A DNA stretch of 64,000 nucleotides from IMG/VR virus record IMGVR_UViG_3300049043_000070, positions 122,294 through 186,293 of that record. The stretch is one strand, 5' to 3'. Positions 10,163 through 23,116 of the stretch are shown here, in pieces (position 1 is the stretch's first letter; every line of letters starts with the position of its first letter). A model generated the notes under the pieces. That model had not been told where the DNA came from. It saw only the letters and a program-made list of their open reading frames with translations, and ran no database searches. Made by a program: the position numbers and the translations under genes. This DNA comes from a virus.

Positions 10163-12659
10163 AGTTTTATACTAATGTTGAACAAGCTGGCAACCGATTG
10201 CTGGTACGTGGTTATGAATGTGGTAAAAACACAGAAGCGAGATATAGTGTTAGGGTTCCATTTAATCCTACACTATATCTCCCTTCAAAAAATTATTCTG
10301 AGTGGAGAACCCTTGAAGGAAATTGTGTAGAACCTCATAAGTTTGGATCTATTTCTGAAGCACGAGATTTTGTAAAAAAGTATGATCAAGTAGAAGATTT
10401 TCAAATCTACGGCAATACCAGATTTTTGTATCAATACATTGCTGAAGAACATCCGGAGGATGAGATTAAGTTTGATAGCAGTAAGATCCGTGTCTTCACA
10501 ATTGATATTGAGACCTCAGCAGAAAATGGATTTCCTGATGTAGCATCTGCCGATCAGGAAATTCTTGCGATCTCTATTAAAGATAGCTTTACTGGTCGCA
10601 TTACTGTTTGCGGTGCAGACCATTTGATAACAAAGATCCAATGGTTGATTACATGCATTTCCGTCAAGAAGAAAGCATGTTAACCGCTTTTCTGGATTAT
10701 TGGCAAGAGAACTATCCAGATGTGATTACTGGATGGAATGTACAGTTGTTTGACATGCCGTACATTCACAATCGGATTGATCGCATTTTGGGTGAAAAAT
10801 ATACAAAACTTTTATCACCGTGGAAACTTGTATCTCGCCGTGAGATCTTTATTAAGGGTCGCAAGCAGTTTGCCGTAGATACTCTTGGTATTTCTACTCT
10901 TGATTATCTTGAATTGTATAAGAAATTTACTTATACCAACCAAGAGAGTTATCGTCTTGATTACATTTGTAATGTAGAATTAGGTGCCAAAAAACTGGAT
11001 CACAGTGAGTTTGATACCTTCAAAGAATTCTATGAGAATGACTGGCAGAAGTTTATTGAATATAACATTCATGACGTTCGCCTTGTTGATCAATTGGACG
11101 ACAAGATGAAACTTCTTGATTTGGCATTTACTATGGCATATGACGCTAAAGTAAATTACGAGGATGTGTTCTCCCAGGTTCGTATGTGGGACAATTACAT
11201 TTTTGTAGAATTGTTGAAGCGCAAGATTGCCATTCCTCCCAAAAAAGAAGCTGTTAAAGATGCTAAGTATGCCGGAGCATATGTGAAGGAACCTATTCCT
11301 GGTTTCTATGACTGGGTTGTGTCTTTTGACCTCAATAGTTTGTATCCGCATTTGATCATGCAGTATAACATTTCCCCTGAGACTCTTATTAGACGAAAGA
11401 CACTCTGAGGCAAATGTTGATGATCTTCTAAACAAAAAAGTAGAAATCAATGGTGATCATTGTGTTGCTGCTAACGGCGCACAGTATCGTAAAGACATTC
11501 ATGGTTTTCTACCTCAGATGATGCAGAAGATGTATGACGGTCGTGTGATCTACAAAAAGAAAATGCTTGCTGCCAAGCAGCAGTATGAGAAAACACCCAC
11601 AGTGGAACTCATGAAGGATATTGCCAGATACAATAATATTCAAATGGCAAAAAAGATTTCTTTGAACTCTGCCTATGGCGCTATTGGTAACGAGCACTTC
11701 CGCTATTACAAACTGGCAAATGCTGAAGCGATCACTCTATCTGGTCAGCTCTCTATCCGCTGGATTGAGAATAAAATGAACCAGTATCTAAATAAGGTGT
11801 TGAAGACTGGTGACGTTGATTATGTGATTGCTTCTGATACTGATAGCATCTATCTGTGTCTTGATGCTCTTGTTCAAAATGTCTTTAGTGACACATTACC
11901 AGAGAAAGCAAAGATCGTTTCTTTCTTGGACAAGGCATGTCAAACACAGATTGAACCTTTCATTGAAAAGTCCTATCAAGAACTGGCTGATTATATGAAT
12001 GCGTATGATCAGAAGATGCAAGATGAAGCGGGAGAACATTGCCGACCGTGGCATCTGGACAGCAAAGAAGCGTTATATTTTGAACGTATGGGATAGTGAA
12101 GGTGTGCGATATACTGATCCAAAGATGAAAATCATGGGTCTTGAAACTGCTAGGTCTTCAACTCCAGCATACTTCAGAGACAAATTGTATGAAGCCTTCA
12201 AGATTATTATCGGCAAAACAAATGATGAACTCATCAATTTCATCAATGATGTCCGTGATGAAACCAGAAAGCGACCCTATTCCGAAGTTGCCTTCCCCAG
12301 AGGCGTCAACAATTTGGCAAAGTATCGCCACCCCACGGAGATTTACAGGAAAGGAACCCCCATTCATGTAAGAGGTGCTCTGCTCTATAACCATTATGTT
12401 AAAAAGCATAAGATTGAGCATAAGCATCAACTTATTCAAGAGGGTGAAAAGATTAAGTTTATGTATCTTAAAACTCCAAACATAATTCATGAAAACTGTA
12501 TCGCTTCTTGGTGAATTGCCACCAGAATTTGGATTGGAAAAGTATGTAGACTACCAGACACAATTTGAAAAATCTTTTCTTGAACCGCTCAAAAATGTGT
12601 TAGAATGTATTGGATGGAAACATGAAAAGGTGATCACGATTGGGAGCTTCTTTGAATGA
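10159..12659 (+). CDS. gp43: Family B DNA polymerase (several frameshifts)
   Basis: DIET exonuclease, SFDLNSLYP, K..LNSAYG, SDTDS motifs across ORFs 10159, 10608, 11518, 11999; total length normal, no intron or intein. Confidence 0.97.
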
Positions 12660-12826
12660 ATATCTGGATTGTGTGTTGGACCAATCATGTCGTTGGGCAG
12701 ATTGGTCCAAATAACATCAAATGTTTTGAGGAGTATGAAACTGCCAGAGCATTTGCTAAGATGATGAGCAATGATTATTCTTATGTTAATATGTACGAGG
12801 ATGAGGCAAAACAATGGGATTTTTAG
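12656..12826 (+). CDS. Small hypothetical protein (56 aa, [14 protein letters not shown]...)
   Basis: Manual translation; ATG overlaps the gp43 stop, end overlaps the uvsX start. Confidence 0.55.
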   Translation: MNIWIVCWTNHVVGQIGPNNIKCFEEYETARAFAKMMSNDYSYVNMYEDEAKQWDF

Positions 12827-13827
12827 ATTTAGTTATTAAAGACAGTGGCAATGAATATGCTGCTTTGGTTAGCGATGGTGTTGCCGCTGGCGACATTACT
12901 ACTTTTGTTGATACAGGTTCTTTCATTTTTAACGCACTGGTTAGTGGATCTATCTTTGGTGGTATCCCATCTAACAAAGTTACAGCTCTTGCTGGGGAAA
13001 CAAGTACAGGTAAAACATTTTTTGCTTTGTCTCTTGTTCGTAGTTTTCTTAATGCTAACCCTGATGGTGGCGTCATTTATTTTGAAAGTGAGTCTGCTAT
13101 TTCCCGCGATATGATTGAAAGTCGTGGAATTGATAGTAAGCGTATGGTAATCTTTCCTGTTGGAACAATTGAAGAGTTTAGAACACAAGCAGTTCGTATT
13201 CTTGATAAGTACCTTAAAGAACCAAAAGATGAACGCCAACCATTAATGTTTGTCTTGGATAGTCTTGGTATGCTTTCTACCAGCAAAGAAATGGAAGACG
13301 TTGCTAATGACAAACAAGTTCGTGATATGACTAAATCGCAACTGATTAAGGGTGCGTTTCGTGTTCTAACTCTCAAGCTTGGTCAAGCGAACGTGCCTAT
13401 GATCGTAACTAATCATACATATGATGTGATTGGATCGTATGTTCCACAAAAAGAAATGGGCGGTGGTACTGGATTAAAGTACGCAGCATCAACGATTATA
13501 TACTTGTCTAAATCAAAAGAGAAGGATGGCACTGAGGTGGTTGGTAATATCATCAAGTGTGAAGCAAAAAAATCACGATTAACCAAGGAGGGTAGTAAAA
13601 TTGCCACAAGACTTTTCTTTGACGAGCGTGGACTGGATCGCTATTACGGATTACTGGAATTGGGTGAGGAGCACGGAGTATTCACTCGTAAAGGAAATCG
13701 TATCGTTGTTGGCGAATCCTCTGTTTATCCTTCTGTTATTCTTGCCGATCCCGAGAAGTATTTCACGGAAGAAATAATGGCTCAACTTGAAGAAGCAGCA
13801 AGGAAAGAATTTGGTTATGGCAACTGA
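12814..13827 (+). CDS. uvsX: RecA-like recombinase
   Basis: [30 protein letters not shown]. Confidence 0.97.
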   Translation: MGFLDLVIKDSGNEYAALVSDGVAAGDITTFVDTGSFIFNALVSGSIFGGIPSNKVTALAGETSTGKTFFALSLVRSFLNANPDGGVIYFESESAISRDMIESRGIDSKRMVIFPVGTIEEFRTQAVRILDKYLKEPKDERQPLMFVLDSLGMLSTSKEMEDVANDKQVRDMTKSQLIKGAFRVLTLKLGQANVPMIVTNHTYDVIGSYVPQKEMGGGTGLKYAASTIIYLSKSKEKDGTEVVGNIIKCEAKKSRLTKEGSKIATRLFFDERGLDRYYGLLELGEEHGVFTRKGNRIVVGESSVYPSVILADPEKYFTEEIMAQLEEAARKEFGYGN

Positions 13828-15203
13828 ACGTATTGAAGAAACTATCTTGCGTAATCTTCTCTTCAATGAGGAGTATTACCGCAAGGTAGTTCCATTTCTA
13901 AAAGCAGATTATTTCAACGAATATCATGAACGCATCATCTTTGAAGAGATTGCTGACTTTGCCAGTAAGTACGACAAAGTACCTACTCAAGAAGTTCTCT
14001 CAATCAACCTCCAATCTAGAAACGATCTTACAGAAGACACATTCCAAAGTTCCTTATCTACACTCAAGTCCCTCGGAAACGATTGGATTGACTATGGCTG
14101 GTCCTTGATGCCACAGAAAAGTGGTGTCAAGACAGAGCAATCTATCTCGCTCTCATGCTATCCATCAAGGTCGCAGATGGAGGTGATAAAAAACTATCAA
14201 AAGATGCGATCCCAGGTATCCTTCAGGAGGCCTGGCAGTATCGTTTGATGAACACATAGGACACGATTATATTGAACAAGCAGAAGAACGATATGATTTT
14301 TACCACCGTGTTGAAGAAAAAATCCCGTTTGATCTTGAAAAGTTTAATTTCATTACCAAAGGTGGTCTCCCCAATAAAACTCTCAATATCGCTCTTGCTG
14401 GCACGGGCGTCGGAAAAAGTCTATTCATGTGTCATATGGCTAGTGCCGCTCTCACACAGGGACGCAACGTACTCTATATTACATGTGAAATGGCAGAGGA
14501 GAAAATTGCTGAGCGAATTGACGCAAACTTATTGAATGTCAATGTCAAAGACATTGCTGAATTGCCTGAAGTTCTCTTTACTTCTAAAGTTCAAGAGATT
14601 GCTAGAAAGACTAGAGGAAAACTTATCATCAAAGAATATCCAACAGCATCAGCACACGTTGGACATTTCAAGGCATTACTCTCAGATCTTTCCTTGAAAA
14701 AAAGTTTTAAACCTGATATAATCTTTATTGATTATTTAAACATCTGTGCTAGTGCGAGGTACAAAGGTGCGATTGTCAATTCTTACACGTATGTCAAAGC
14801 GATTGCTGAAGAGCTGCGTGGTCTTGCTGTGGAGAACAATGTACCAATTGTCTCTGCTACTCAAACTACTCGCAGTGGTTATGGTAATAGTGATCCTGAC
14901 CTTACCGATACTTCTGAGTCTTTTGGTCTTCCTGCCACTGCTGACTTTATGTTTGCCCTTATTTCTACTGAGGAACTTGAACAACAGGGTCGCATCATGG
15001 TCAAACAACTTAAAAACCGATACAATGACCCAACTGCCTCTAGAAAATTCATGGTGGGAATTGACAGAGCGAAGATGAAGCTGTATGATGTAGCAGATGA
15101 TGCTTCTGCTATCAGTATAGATGCTGAAGACCCTGGCGAAGAGTTCGCCCAATTTGCCCAAACACAAAACCGTTTATCTAAATTTGCTGAGTGGAATGTA
15201 TGA
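13817..15203 (+). CDS. gp41: Replicative helicase (frameshifted)
   Basis: [40 protein letters not shown]. Confidence 0.96.
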
Positions 15204-15606
15204 CTATTGATTTTAATCGTTACAAAGAATTTGTTGCTGCCGTCACTTCAGATGCCTCAACAAACTTTGTTGATTTTGCCGATCGTATTGTAGAACTTGA
15301 TCGGCAAGGAGACTTAGCATTGAACGACTGCTTACTGCTGGAGTTGGAATTAATGCTGAAGGTGGCGAGTTTCTTGAGATTATTAAGAAGATGATTTTTC
15401 AGGGAAAACCTTGGAATGAGGATAATAAGGAGCATCTGATTATTGAATTGGGTGATATTATGTGGTATGTCGCTCAAGCAACCCTAGCACTTGGAATTTC
15501 ATTTGACGAAGTGCTTGAGCGAAATGTTAAGAAACTTGAAAAACGGTATCCAGGTGGACAGTTTGACATCTACTACAGTGAGAACAGAGCAGAAGACGAC
15601 CTCTAA
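15200..15606 (+). CDS. mazG: MazG-like nucleotide pyrophosphohydrolase (frameshifted)
   Basis: AEGGEFLEIIKKM..QGKP, ELGDIMWY, NV.KLEKRYP. Confidence 0.92.
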
Positions 15607-15649
15607 TTACAAACCTCCCTCTAAATACTAGCAGGGAGGTTTTTTTCTT

Positions 15650-17149
15650 ATGACTAAACAAATAGATTTATCTGGATTTGGTGCTGAATATAAAAAAGCA
15701 ATCAATGATATTATGGATTCTCTCGGGGATGAAAATTTCTCTTTTTATAATTTTGACGTAACAAAAATTGCTGATCCTACAGGCAGATCAAAAATTTTCT
15801 TTGCTCTTAAAGTAATTGTTCCCAGAGCAAAGAGAACAAAAGCAGCATCCATGATCGCACAAAATGTTGGTAGTAAAGGATATAGTGCGGTTGATACTAA
15901 AGGAACTGGAAATCAATTAGATATTTCTGTTGCTGGTAAAACTTTAAGAATTGATATTAAACCAGAAGGTGGTGGCTCGGGGTGGAGGCGCCGCTGAAAC
16001 TGCAAGAAATGAAGCAGCACAGTGTCTTTATGCTGCTCTTGCTTTTAACGTATACAGAAGAGAAATAGATGAAAATCTTCCTGTTTCATTAAGTGATCTT
16101 GAAAAAGCATCAACGACAATTGACGTTGATGTGCCCTTTGAGCAATTGCTTCCAGATGAATTGTCAAGAGAATGGCAGATATCTTCTATCAGGGGAGCAA
16201 ATAAACTGTGGCAAACTTTTCATAATTCGGGTAAACATTATATTTTTTGTAGAGGTGGTGGACCAGACGACAAGGAAATTAAAAGAGCATACCAACGAGC
16301 TAGAAGAAGTATGATGAAAGACCCTAATGTTAGGGTAAATTTTTCTTCTGAAGACAAATGGAATCCAGCAGATATCTGGATGGTATCGTCTACATTTAAT
16401 CCCAGTGATTTAGATAAGTATAAAACTGTTGATACAATAAACGAATTTATAAAAGAAAAATACGAAGAGAGAGAACTGATTGGTGTTTCTTTAAAAAAAT
16501 AAAAGATCAAGCAAAGTTAAAAGTTTTGAATTATGATCCAAATGATAAAATGAAAGAACTTGAAGATGTTAAATGGGGACAATATTGGGTAAAATTTAGA
16601 GATAATAAATTACTTGGCGGCGAAGATGCCTTCCCAATGGATGTGTATCTTTATTGGGTAAAAAATGGAAATCAAAGTCAAAGATTTCAATCAAGAAATT
16701 TTGGTGGAGCATCATCTCCATCTTGGCAGATAGAGAAGAAAGGAGCATCTGCAGCACAGGGTCGTTGTGGTGGTGGTAGCATAGTTGAAATTTTAAAATC
16801 TTTGGGTGTTTCTTATAGTGGCATTACAACTGGTTGGAATAATAGAACGTTGTGGCCGACTTGCAAACCAACAAATAAATCCAAGAAAGATCGTATCAAT
16901 GATCAATTAGTTGAATTGCTTGACAAATATTGCGGCACAAATACAGACACTGGATATCCTGGAAAAATACAAGCAAGAGTCGAAGTTGCTAATCAAACTC
17001 AATCTTACAGATATAGTAAGTTGATGGGTCTTCGTTTGTTGGATTGTATTTTAACTTCTGGAAAAGCAGATGAGATTATGAAAGCATTATATTGTTATGC
17101 TGGATCACAAACTGATAAATCATCGGTTCATGTAAAATTGATGGATTGA
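15650..17149 (+). CDS. Large protein with PD-(D/E)xK restriction-endonuclease-like core (frameshifted; 3 ORFs joined)
   Basis: E(AAQC)...WNPADIW...VSLKK; late-promoter-like CTAAATAC upstream. Confidence 0.55.
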
Positions 17150-17150
17150 T

Positions 17151-17169
17151 GGACAGTTTGAAACTGTCC
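17151..17169. promoter_or_regulatory. Palindromic operator-like site GGACAGTT-N3-AACTGTCC
   Basis: Perfect 8-bp inverted repeat upstream of ORF 17212. Confidence 0.5.
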
Positions 17170-17211
17170 CATACTTCGCACTCCCCAACCAAAATCGTGT
17201 ATTATAGATAG

Positions 17212-18416
17212 ATGGCAAACGTAACTCAACTCAAACACTTAGAACACCTTGAAGATGAGATGCTCAACTATGGAGTTGAGGGATGTGAATCTGCTGTATC
17301 TTTCTTGAAAGAATTGAGGAAGATGATGGGTCATCAAGAAAGCACTGGATTTATGCAAACGAAATGGGATGGTGCTCCTTCGGTTGTTTGTGGTGTGGAT
17401 CCTTTATCTGGAGTATTTTTTGTTGGCACGAAGTCTGTGTTTAACAAAACCGAACCTAAATATGTGCTACTGAAAAATCAGTTGATGACTATTACGATGG
17501 TGATCTAGCAGAAAAACTTAAATATTCTCTTCGTTACTTTAGTAAACTTGGTATCAAAGGAGTTATTCAGGGTGATTTATTATTTACTGATTCCACCAGA
17601 CACATTGAAACTGTAAATAAAGAACAACTCTACACCTTTAGACCAAACACTATTACTTATGGCATTCCTACTGACCACGATATTGGTAAAGAAGTTGGCA
17701 GAGCAAAAATTGGAGTAGTATTTCATACTCATTATACTGGTGATTGTCTTGCTGAAATGCAAGCACGAGCTGGTGCTCCCATCAATACTTTCAATAAAGT
17801 TCCTGAAGTAGCAGTGATTGCTAATGATACCCCCATGGATCGTGTTGGATTTTCAAGAGCAGAGATGGCACGATTTGATAGGTATATTGCTAAAATCAAT
17901 AGGATGTCTCAACTATGTGGAGACTTTCTGGATGATCTTGTCAGTAACTTTGGTACTACTGGTGATGCTAAGTTCCATATCTCTTCTTATCTAAAGCAGT
18001 TTTTTAATAGTGAGATCAAGAATGCTCGCAGCATTTCTAATATTGATGAGACCATAAACGAACTGGTTAATTTCTATCATGATAAAATGAGTAAAGAACT
18101 TGCCAAGATAAAGACACCAGCAAATCTTGTGACAAAAAGAAACCTTGTTTATAAAAGTGAGAACTACTTGTTGGATAATGTTTATAAGTTCAAGACCATG
18201 ATTGCTCTGTACAAAGAACTACAGGCAGTCAAGCAAATGGTTATAGATAAACTAGACCATCTTGAAGAGTTCAGAACTTTTGTTCAGACCGAGAAAGGAT
18301 ACAAGGTCACAACTCCTGAAGGTTATGTTCTTCATAAAGACGGTAGCATGATCAAGTTTGTCAATCGTCTGGAGTTTGCTTACAACAACTTCACACTACA
18401 AAAGCAATGGCGATAG
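17212..18416 (+). CDS. DUF6267-like protein with ATP-dependent ligase-type motifs (frameshift near 17460)
   Basis: TKWDGAP (KxDG motif I), EGYV (motif IV), IKFVNR (motif V-like). Confidence 0.65.
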
Positions 18417-18967
18417 GAAAATGCTGCTACTTTACATTTGGTAGGTTTCAACCACCTACCACTGGACACAAAGAAAACTTTGATGGTGTGAAGCAAGCAG
18501 CTGGATCGCATGATTACAGGATCTATATCTCCCAAACAGTTGATACAAAGGGGAGCAATCCGTTGCCACCAGATGTAAAGCTTAGTTACATGAACAAGAT
18601 GTTTCCTGAGCATAACGGTAAAATATATTCTGGTCCTAAACAACCAGTAGAAATTTTACAAGATCTTATGCTAGCGGGTTATGATGAAGTGGTATTTCTT
18701 GTGGGGTCTGATCGGGTCAGTGCCATGCAATTCCTCCATAAATACAACGGAAAAGACTTTTCTTTCAGAAACATTGAGATCAAATCTTCTGGAAGTAGAG
18801 ATGCTGACGGTGATACATTCGCCATCTCAGGAACAAAAATGAGAAGAGCAGCGTTTGCTGGAGATTTCAAGACATTCCGTTCTGGTATTCCTAGAGCTTT
18901 GAATGATAAAGAATGTATGAACTTGATGAACGAAATACAGAGTAGGTTACCGAAAACATTTAAATGA
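18407..18967 (+). CDS. HxGH-superfamily cytidylyltransferase-like protein
   Basis: FTFGRFQPPTTGH, VGSDR, ISGTKMR. Confidence 0.85.
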   Translation: MAIGKCCYFTFGRFQPPTTGHKENFDGVKQAAGSHDYRIYISQTVDTKGSNPLPPDVKLSYMNKMFPEHNGKIYSGPKQPVEILQDLMLAGYDEVVFLVGSDRVSAMQFLHKYNGKDFSFRNIEIKSSGSRDADGDTFAISGTKMRRAAFAGDFKTFRSGIPRALNDKECMNLMNEIQSRLPKTFK

Positions 18968-19256
18968 AAGATTTCAAAAAACTACGAGAAGAAGCCTGCG
19001 CCAACAGCAACGACAGCAGGAAGTTTTTAAGGAAGGTGATGTTGTCATGTCTTCCCGTAACGGGGAGAAAGGAATTATTCACAGAGTTGGTGGAAACTAT
19101 GCGATCATCATTACCGAAGATGGTGAGATGTTTAGAGAATGGATCAGAAATGTAAGATCTATAAATAGTCAAAAGAGAACCTTTCACTACAACAATGAAG
19201 TATCAGAAGCCCAGTTAATACAGTTAAAAATAATGATGAGTTTTCTTCCGAATTGA
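18964..19256 (+). CDS. Hypothetical protein (frameshifted; end approximate)
   Basis: MKDFKKLREE... joins 19047 ORF. Confidence 0.55.
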
Positions 19257-19996
19257 TGGAAGCATTTAGTCGTTGGATGGAGGGAGAAGGTTTCCAAACT
19301 CCAAATACAATCAGCGAAGCACCATTTGATGGCATGGATCCTCAGTCACATGGCGCAGAAATTGAGCATACTACTACCAAGAAAAAGAGTGCTAAGAAAG
19401 AAACTCCAAAGCAGCAACTAGCAACTAAGGAAGAGTACGAAGTTCTAGAGACTGAGGAGTATGAGATTGATGGTGAAGTCTATGTTCTTGAGAAAGTCAA
19501 GATGGACGGCAAAGATGACAACGGTTTCAAAACTTGTTGGAAAGGTTACAAAAAGCAAGGCACCAAGGTCAAGGGTGGTAAAGAAGTCAACAACTGCGTG
19601 AAAGCTGGTTACGAAGCAGAAGGCGAGGAAGACCTCCAAGAAAAGGCACCTCCTGGTGAAAAGTATGAGCGTATGGTCAAGCACATCAAGAAAGGTTATT
19701 CAAAAGATGGTTTGAGTGATAAAGAAAAGTCAATTGCTTATGCTACTGCTTGGAAAGCAAAGAATAAGATGAAGAAAGAAGAGTATGAATGTGAGAGTGG
19801 TGAGAAGGAAGAGAAGATGGGTAAGTCTTCCAAGAAAAAGCATGAGAAGATGGAGATGAAGAAGGAAGGAATGGATCCAGTTGGCAAGGAAGATGGCGAT
19901 ATTGATAACGATGGTGATAAGGATAAGTCAGATAAGTATCTTGCTGCTCGTCGCAAGAAGATCGGTAAAATTATGGCAATGAAGAAAAAGTCATGA
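19195..19996 (+). CDS. Lys/Glu-rich late protein, candidate internal head protein (frameshift near 19215)
   Basis: TATAAATA at 19160; CWKGYKKQGTK and DGDIDNDGDKD motifs. Confidence 0.6.
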
Positions 19997-20391
19997 AATC
20001 CTTTAAAAAATTCTGTGAAGAATGTGGTTGCGAAAAGAAAGAACCAAAAAGTAAAAAGAAAGCATCTGTAGAAGTGATGCCAACAATAAATGATGGGCAG
20101 AAGGGTATGACTACAAAACCCACCAACGAAGGTTTTGCTGGCAACTATAAAGGACCACTATACGCACCTCATCCTGACATCAAGAAAGAAAATTATGATA
20201 AGGGTGAGTATGATTATGAAGGCGATATGGCAAAGACGCAATTGAAAGGAATTATTCGTAATGCCCAGGAACTACATGATATGTTACAACCTGCTGACAA
20301 TCTTCCTGAGTGGGTTCAGTCTAAGATTACAATGGCAGCAGACTATATTCAGACATCTACAGATTACATGATGAGTGTCAGAGGTAGATAA
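19993..20391 (+). CDS. Hypothetical protein with T4-like capsid-targeting N-terminus
   Basis: MKSFKKFCEE; EGDMAKTQL...LPEWVQSKIT.AADY module. Confidence 0.6.
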   Translation: MKSFKKFCEECGCEKKEPKSKKKASVEVMPTINDGQKGMTTKPTNEGFAGNYKGPLYAPHPDIKKENYDKGEYDYEGDMAKTQLKGIIRNAQELHDMLQPADNLPEWVQSKITMAADYIQTSTDYMMSVRGR

Positions 20392-20426
20392 ATCATAAAT
20401 AATTTTGTAGATTTTGGTCTCTAATC

Positions 20427-20642
20427 ATGCTAGGTCAATTTGTAGAACTTGTTAAACCACTTTTATTTGCTGCTCTTTCTTCTTGTCATACAAAAAAACT
20501 TGTATGTGATCTTCTAGATCGTTACGTATCATCAACTGATAATGACGTTGATAACGTAATTGCTGCAACTGTAAGAACAGTTTTCTCAAGAACTGTAAGT
20601 AATAGGGGAGGGGATCTAATCCCCTTTATAAATAAATTTTAG
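20427..20642 (+). CDS. Small hypothetical protein
   Basis: ORF after a late-promoter-like CATAAATA. Confidence 0.55.
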   Translation: MLGQFVELVKPLLFAALSSCHTKKLVCDLLDRYVSSTDNDVDNVIAATVRTVFSRTVSNRGGDLIPFINKF

Positions 20643-20669
20643 AAATCGGTAAATATCTGGAGAGTATCC

Positions 20670-21615
20670 ATGTCGCTGTATAGTCGTGCGGAAACAAACG
20701 CACAAAGTCTAAAAGTCCAAAACACTACTGAAGTTAATTCTGTAGATAAGTATGACTGGGACAACACCCTAATCGTTGATGGTGATAGCACGGTGGCTGG
20801 TGCTCAAGGTTATGCTACTGCTGCCCGCAGAACAATTTTTATTGATGCTGTGGAAGCAACACTTCCAGAAAATGCAGAGCGTGGATTGAATGCTCCTGGT
20901 TGGTGGGAGTATATGACTTATACAGATGCTGCTGGCAATACTCGCCATAAAGTGGATCACTTAGTAGCATTCAAGAGTGCTCCTGCTAATACTGCTGACC
21001 TTGATGATAACGTTGCTGCTGACGTAGCATCTGCTATCACAATTTCTGGTCAACCATCTAATCAGACAACTAGAACTCCTGCTGGTGCTATCTTAACTGT
21101 AACTCATGCTGGAATATCAACGGGTAGTGGATCAACAACTGTCAATAGCTCTACTGCTGGTATTGTAGTAACCAACGTTTCTGGTGGTGCTGCTCCTGCT
21201 GCTACTGGTTATGAATTTACAGTTGCTCGTTCTGGTGGAACTTACACCGTTACCGTTGTAACTGGTGGTTCTGGATTTGCTGCTACAGATACAATTACTA
21301 TTCCTGGTAGTTCTTTGGGTGGCGCTGATACGACTAATGATCTTGTTATTACAGTTGCTACTGTTGCTACTGCTGCTGCTACATTCTCTGTTACTGCTTC
21401 TGCCACAACAGGATCTCTTGTTTATCAATGGCAGCGTAGAACCACCAGTACTGCTAAGTGGACAAATGTTTCTGGAGCCTAACAGTTCTTCACTTGCTCT
21501 TACCTCACTTACAACAGCATCTAATGGATATGAGTATCGTGTCAAACTTACATCATCTGCTGGTGCCGAGGAAGTTATTTCTGCTGCGGCAACTCTAACT
21601 GTTACCGCAGCATGA
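20670..21615 (+). CDS. Virion structural protein, Thr/Ala-rich with Ig-like C-terminus (frameshift at ~21480)
   Basis: TATAAATA at 20627; YQWQ...W.N..GA....L......NGYEYRV Ig-like motif. Confidence 0.7.
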
Positions 21616-21620
21616 TCTAA

Positions 21621-21977
21621 ATGAAGATTAGTGAACTGAACCATGAGAATTGGTTATTCTTTGCCATTCAAAACTATAACAACCCGTCGTCAGTAACTTA
21701 TAGTGATTTTGAAGAAGACCTCAAACGCTTCAAATACATCAAAAGATTACTCAAGAGATACGAAACGACGGGTGAATTGAAAACTCATCTCATTCTAAAT
21801 CATGTGATAGTATTGTATAATGTATTTGATGACGCAGCAACACCGCTGTTATTTTACAAAACTGAAGCAACATACTGGTCTCAAATCAAGGCGTTTATGT
21901 TGTTTCTAAATAGATTACCACCTTTATTGAACAAGGATGTTGACCAAGAATGTCTGAAAAGTTTGAACCTAATATGA
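21621..21977 (+). CDS. Conserved cyanophage hypothetical protein (DUF7207-like)
   Basis: FAIQNYNNP, EDLKRFKYIKRLL, LILNH. Confidence 0.7.
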   Translation: MKISELNHENWLFFAIQNYNNPSSVTYSDFEEDLKRFKYIKRLLKRYETTGELKTHLILNHVIVLYNVFDDAATPLLFYKTEATYWSQIKAFMLFLNRLPPLLNKDVDQECLKSLNLI

Positions 21978-22630
21978 ATGAAATGGTTGCTGGTGATGGT
22001 TCTACCCTCCAGCTTCCTCCAGCATTTGTTCTTGTAAATCCAAGACAACATCGTAGATATAAAAAGAGTAATCAAGATAAAGTAGATGGTCGCAGCAAAG
22101 GCGCCCGTGCCCTTTTCAATCGTATCCAACGCAGAAAAATGAAAGAAGAATTAGAAACACAAATTGATGAGGCGATTGTGTCTGATACCGAAAGGGCACA
22201 AAAGCAAATCTCACAGCAAAAGAAACTCAATCGTCAGAAAGAGCTTCAAAATAAGCGCAAAGAAGCGAAAGAAGAAGCTGATGAGTAAGACAAAAGAGAT
22301 GGACACTCTTATGAAAGTCGTCTTTCCGATTTCAAAAAGAAAGCATCTGAGCAACAGAAAAAAGTTCAGCAACAAAAAAATTCATTTGAACCACAGGGAA
22401 ATATGATGATGGAAAATCAAGATGTTATTCAGGTTGCTTTAGACGTAGCAACATCTGAGTTGAACCCATCCGGTGAAGCTTCTTTTGCTAAAATTAAATT
22501 TAGCGATGGCAGCACCCAAAACTTAGATAACTTCTCGGCAAAACGTATTGCCGCTTGTTATGCTCAATTAGATGATGAGAAGCAAAACCAGTTCCGTTAC
22601 CTATTGAAATAAGGATGCTTCCACATTCCA
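21974..22630 (+). CDS. Coiled-coil hypothetical protein(s), frameshifted
   Basis: ORFs 21950, 22164 and 22403 appear to be pieces of one or two genes; boundaries uncertain. Confidence 0.45.
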
Positions 22631-22681
22631 ATCTGCTCTTTGACTTTGCTGTTCGCAACGTTTAAGGGGGAGATTACTACA

Positions 22682-23116
22682 ATGCCATTCAATTTAGACA
22701 AGCAAAAAGATCTTGCTGTTCTAGAAGGAAAATTTCAGATCTATGAAGATCTCTCTAAAGAGATGCTTGACAAACTTGAACGAGCAGTAGAAAAAATCAG
22801 CGAAGGAAATCAAAAAGTTGCTCTTATTCTCGCAAAGCACGAGGAAAAAATTGAGCAAGGTATTCGCGCAGACGAACTGATTATTAAAATGGTAGATGAA
22901 ATGCGCGAAGCAAATACAAGAGAGCACACTGCTGTCTTAGATAGAATTGAAAAACTTGAAAATAAAGTAAGTGATATTTCTAGATTTAGGTGGGTTGCTG
23001 CTGGTGTGGTAGCTGCTGCCATAATGATAATCGGATCATCAGAATTTTTTGGTAGCATATTGACAATGCCTCAGCGCGATGCTAACATAGAGAGTAGTGT
23101 TGACCGTGCCAAGTGA
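22682..23116 (+). CDS. Coiled-coil protein with C-terminal TM helix
   Basis: Long heptads then RWVAAGVVAAAIMII. Confidence 0.6.
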   Translation: MPFNLDKQKDLAVLEGKFQIYEDLSKEMLDKLERAVEKISEGNQKVALILAKHEEKIEQGIRADELIIKMVDEMREANTREHTAVLDRIEKLENKVSDISRFRWVAAGVVAAAIMIIGSSEFFGSILTMPQRDANIESSVDRAK

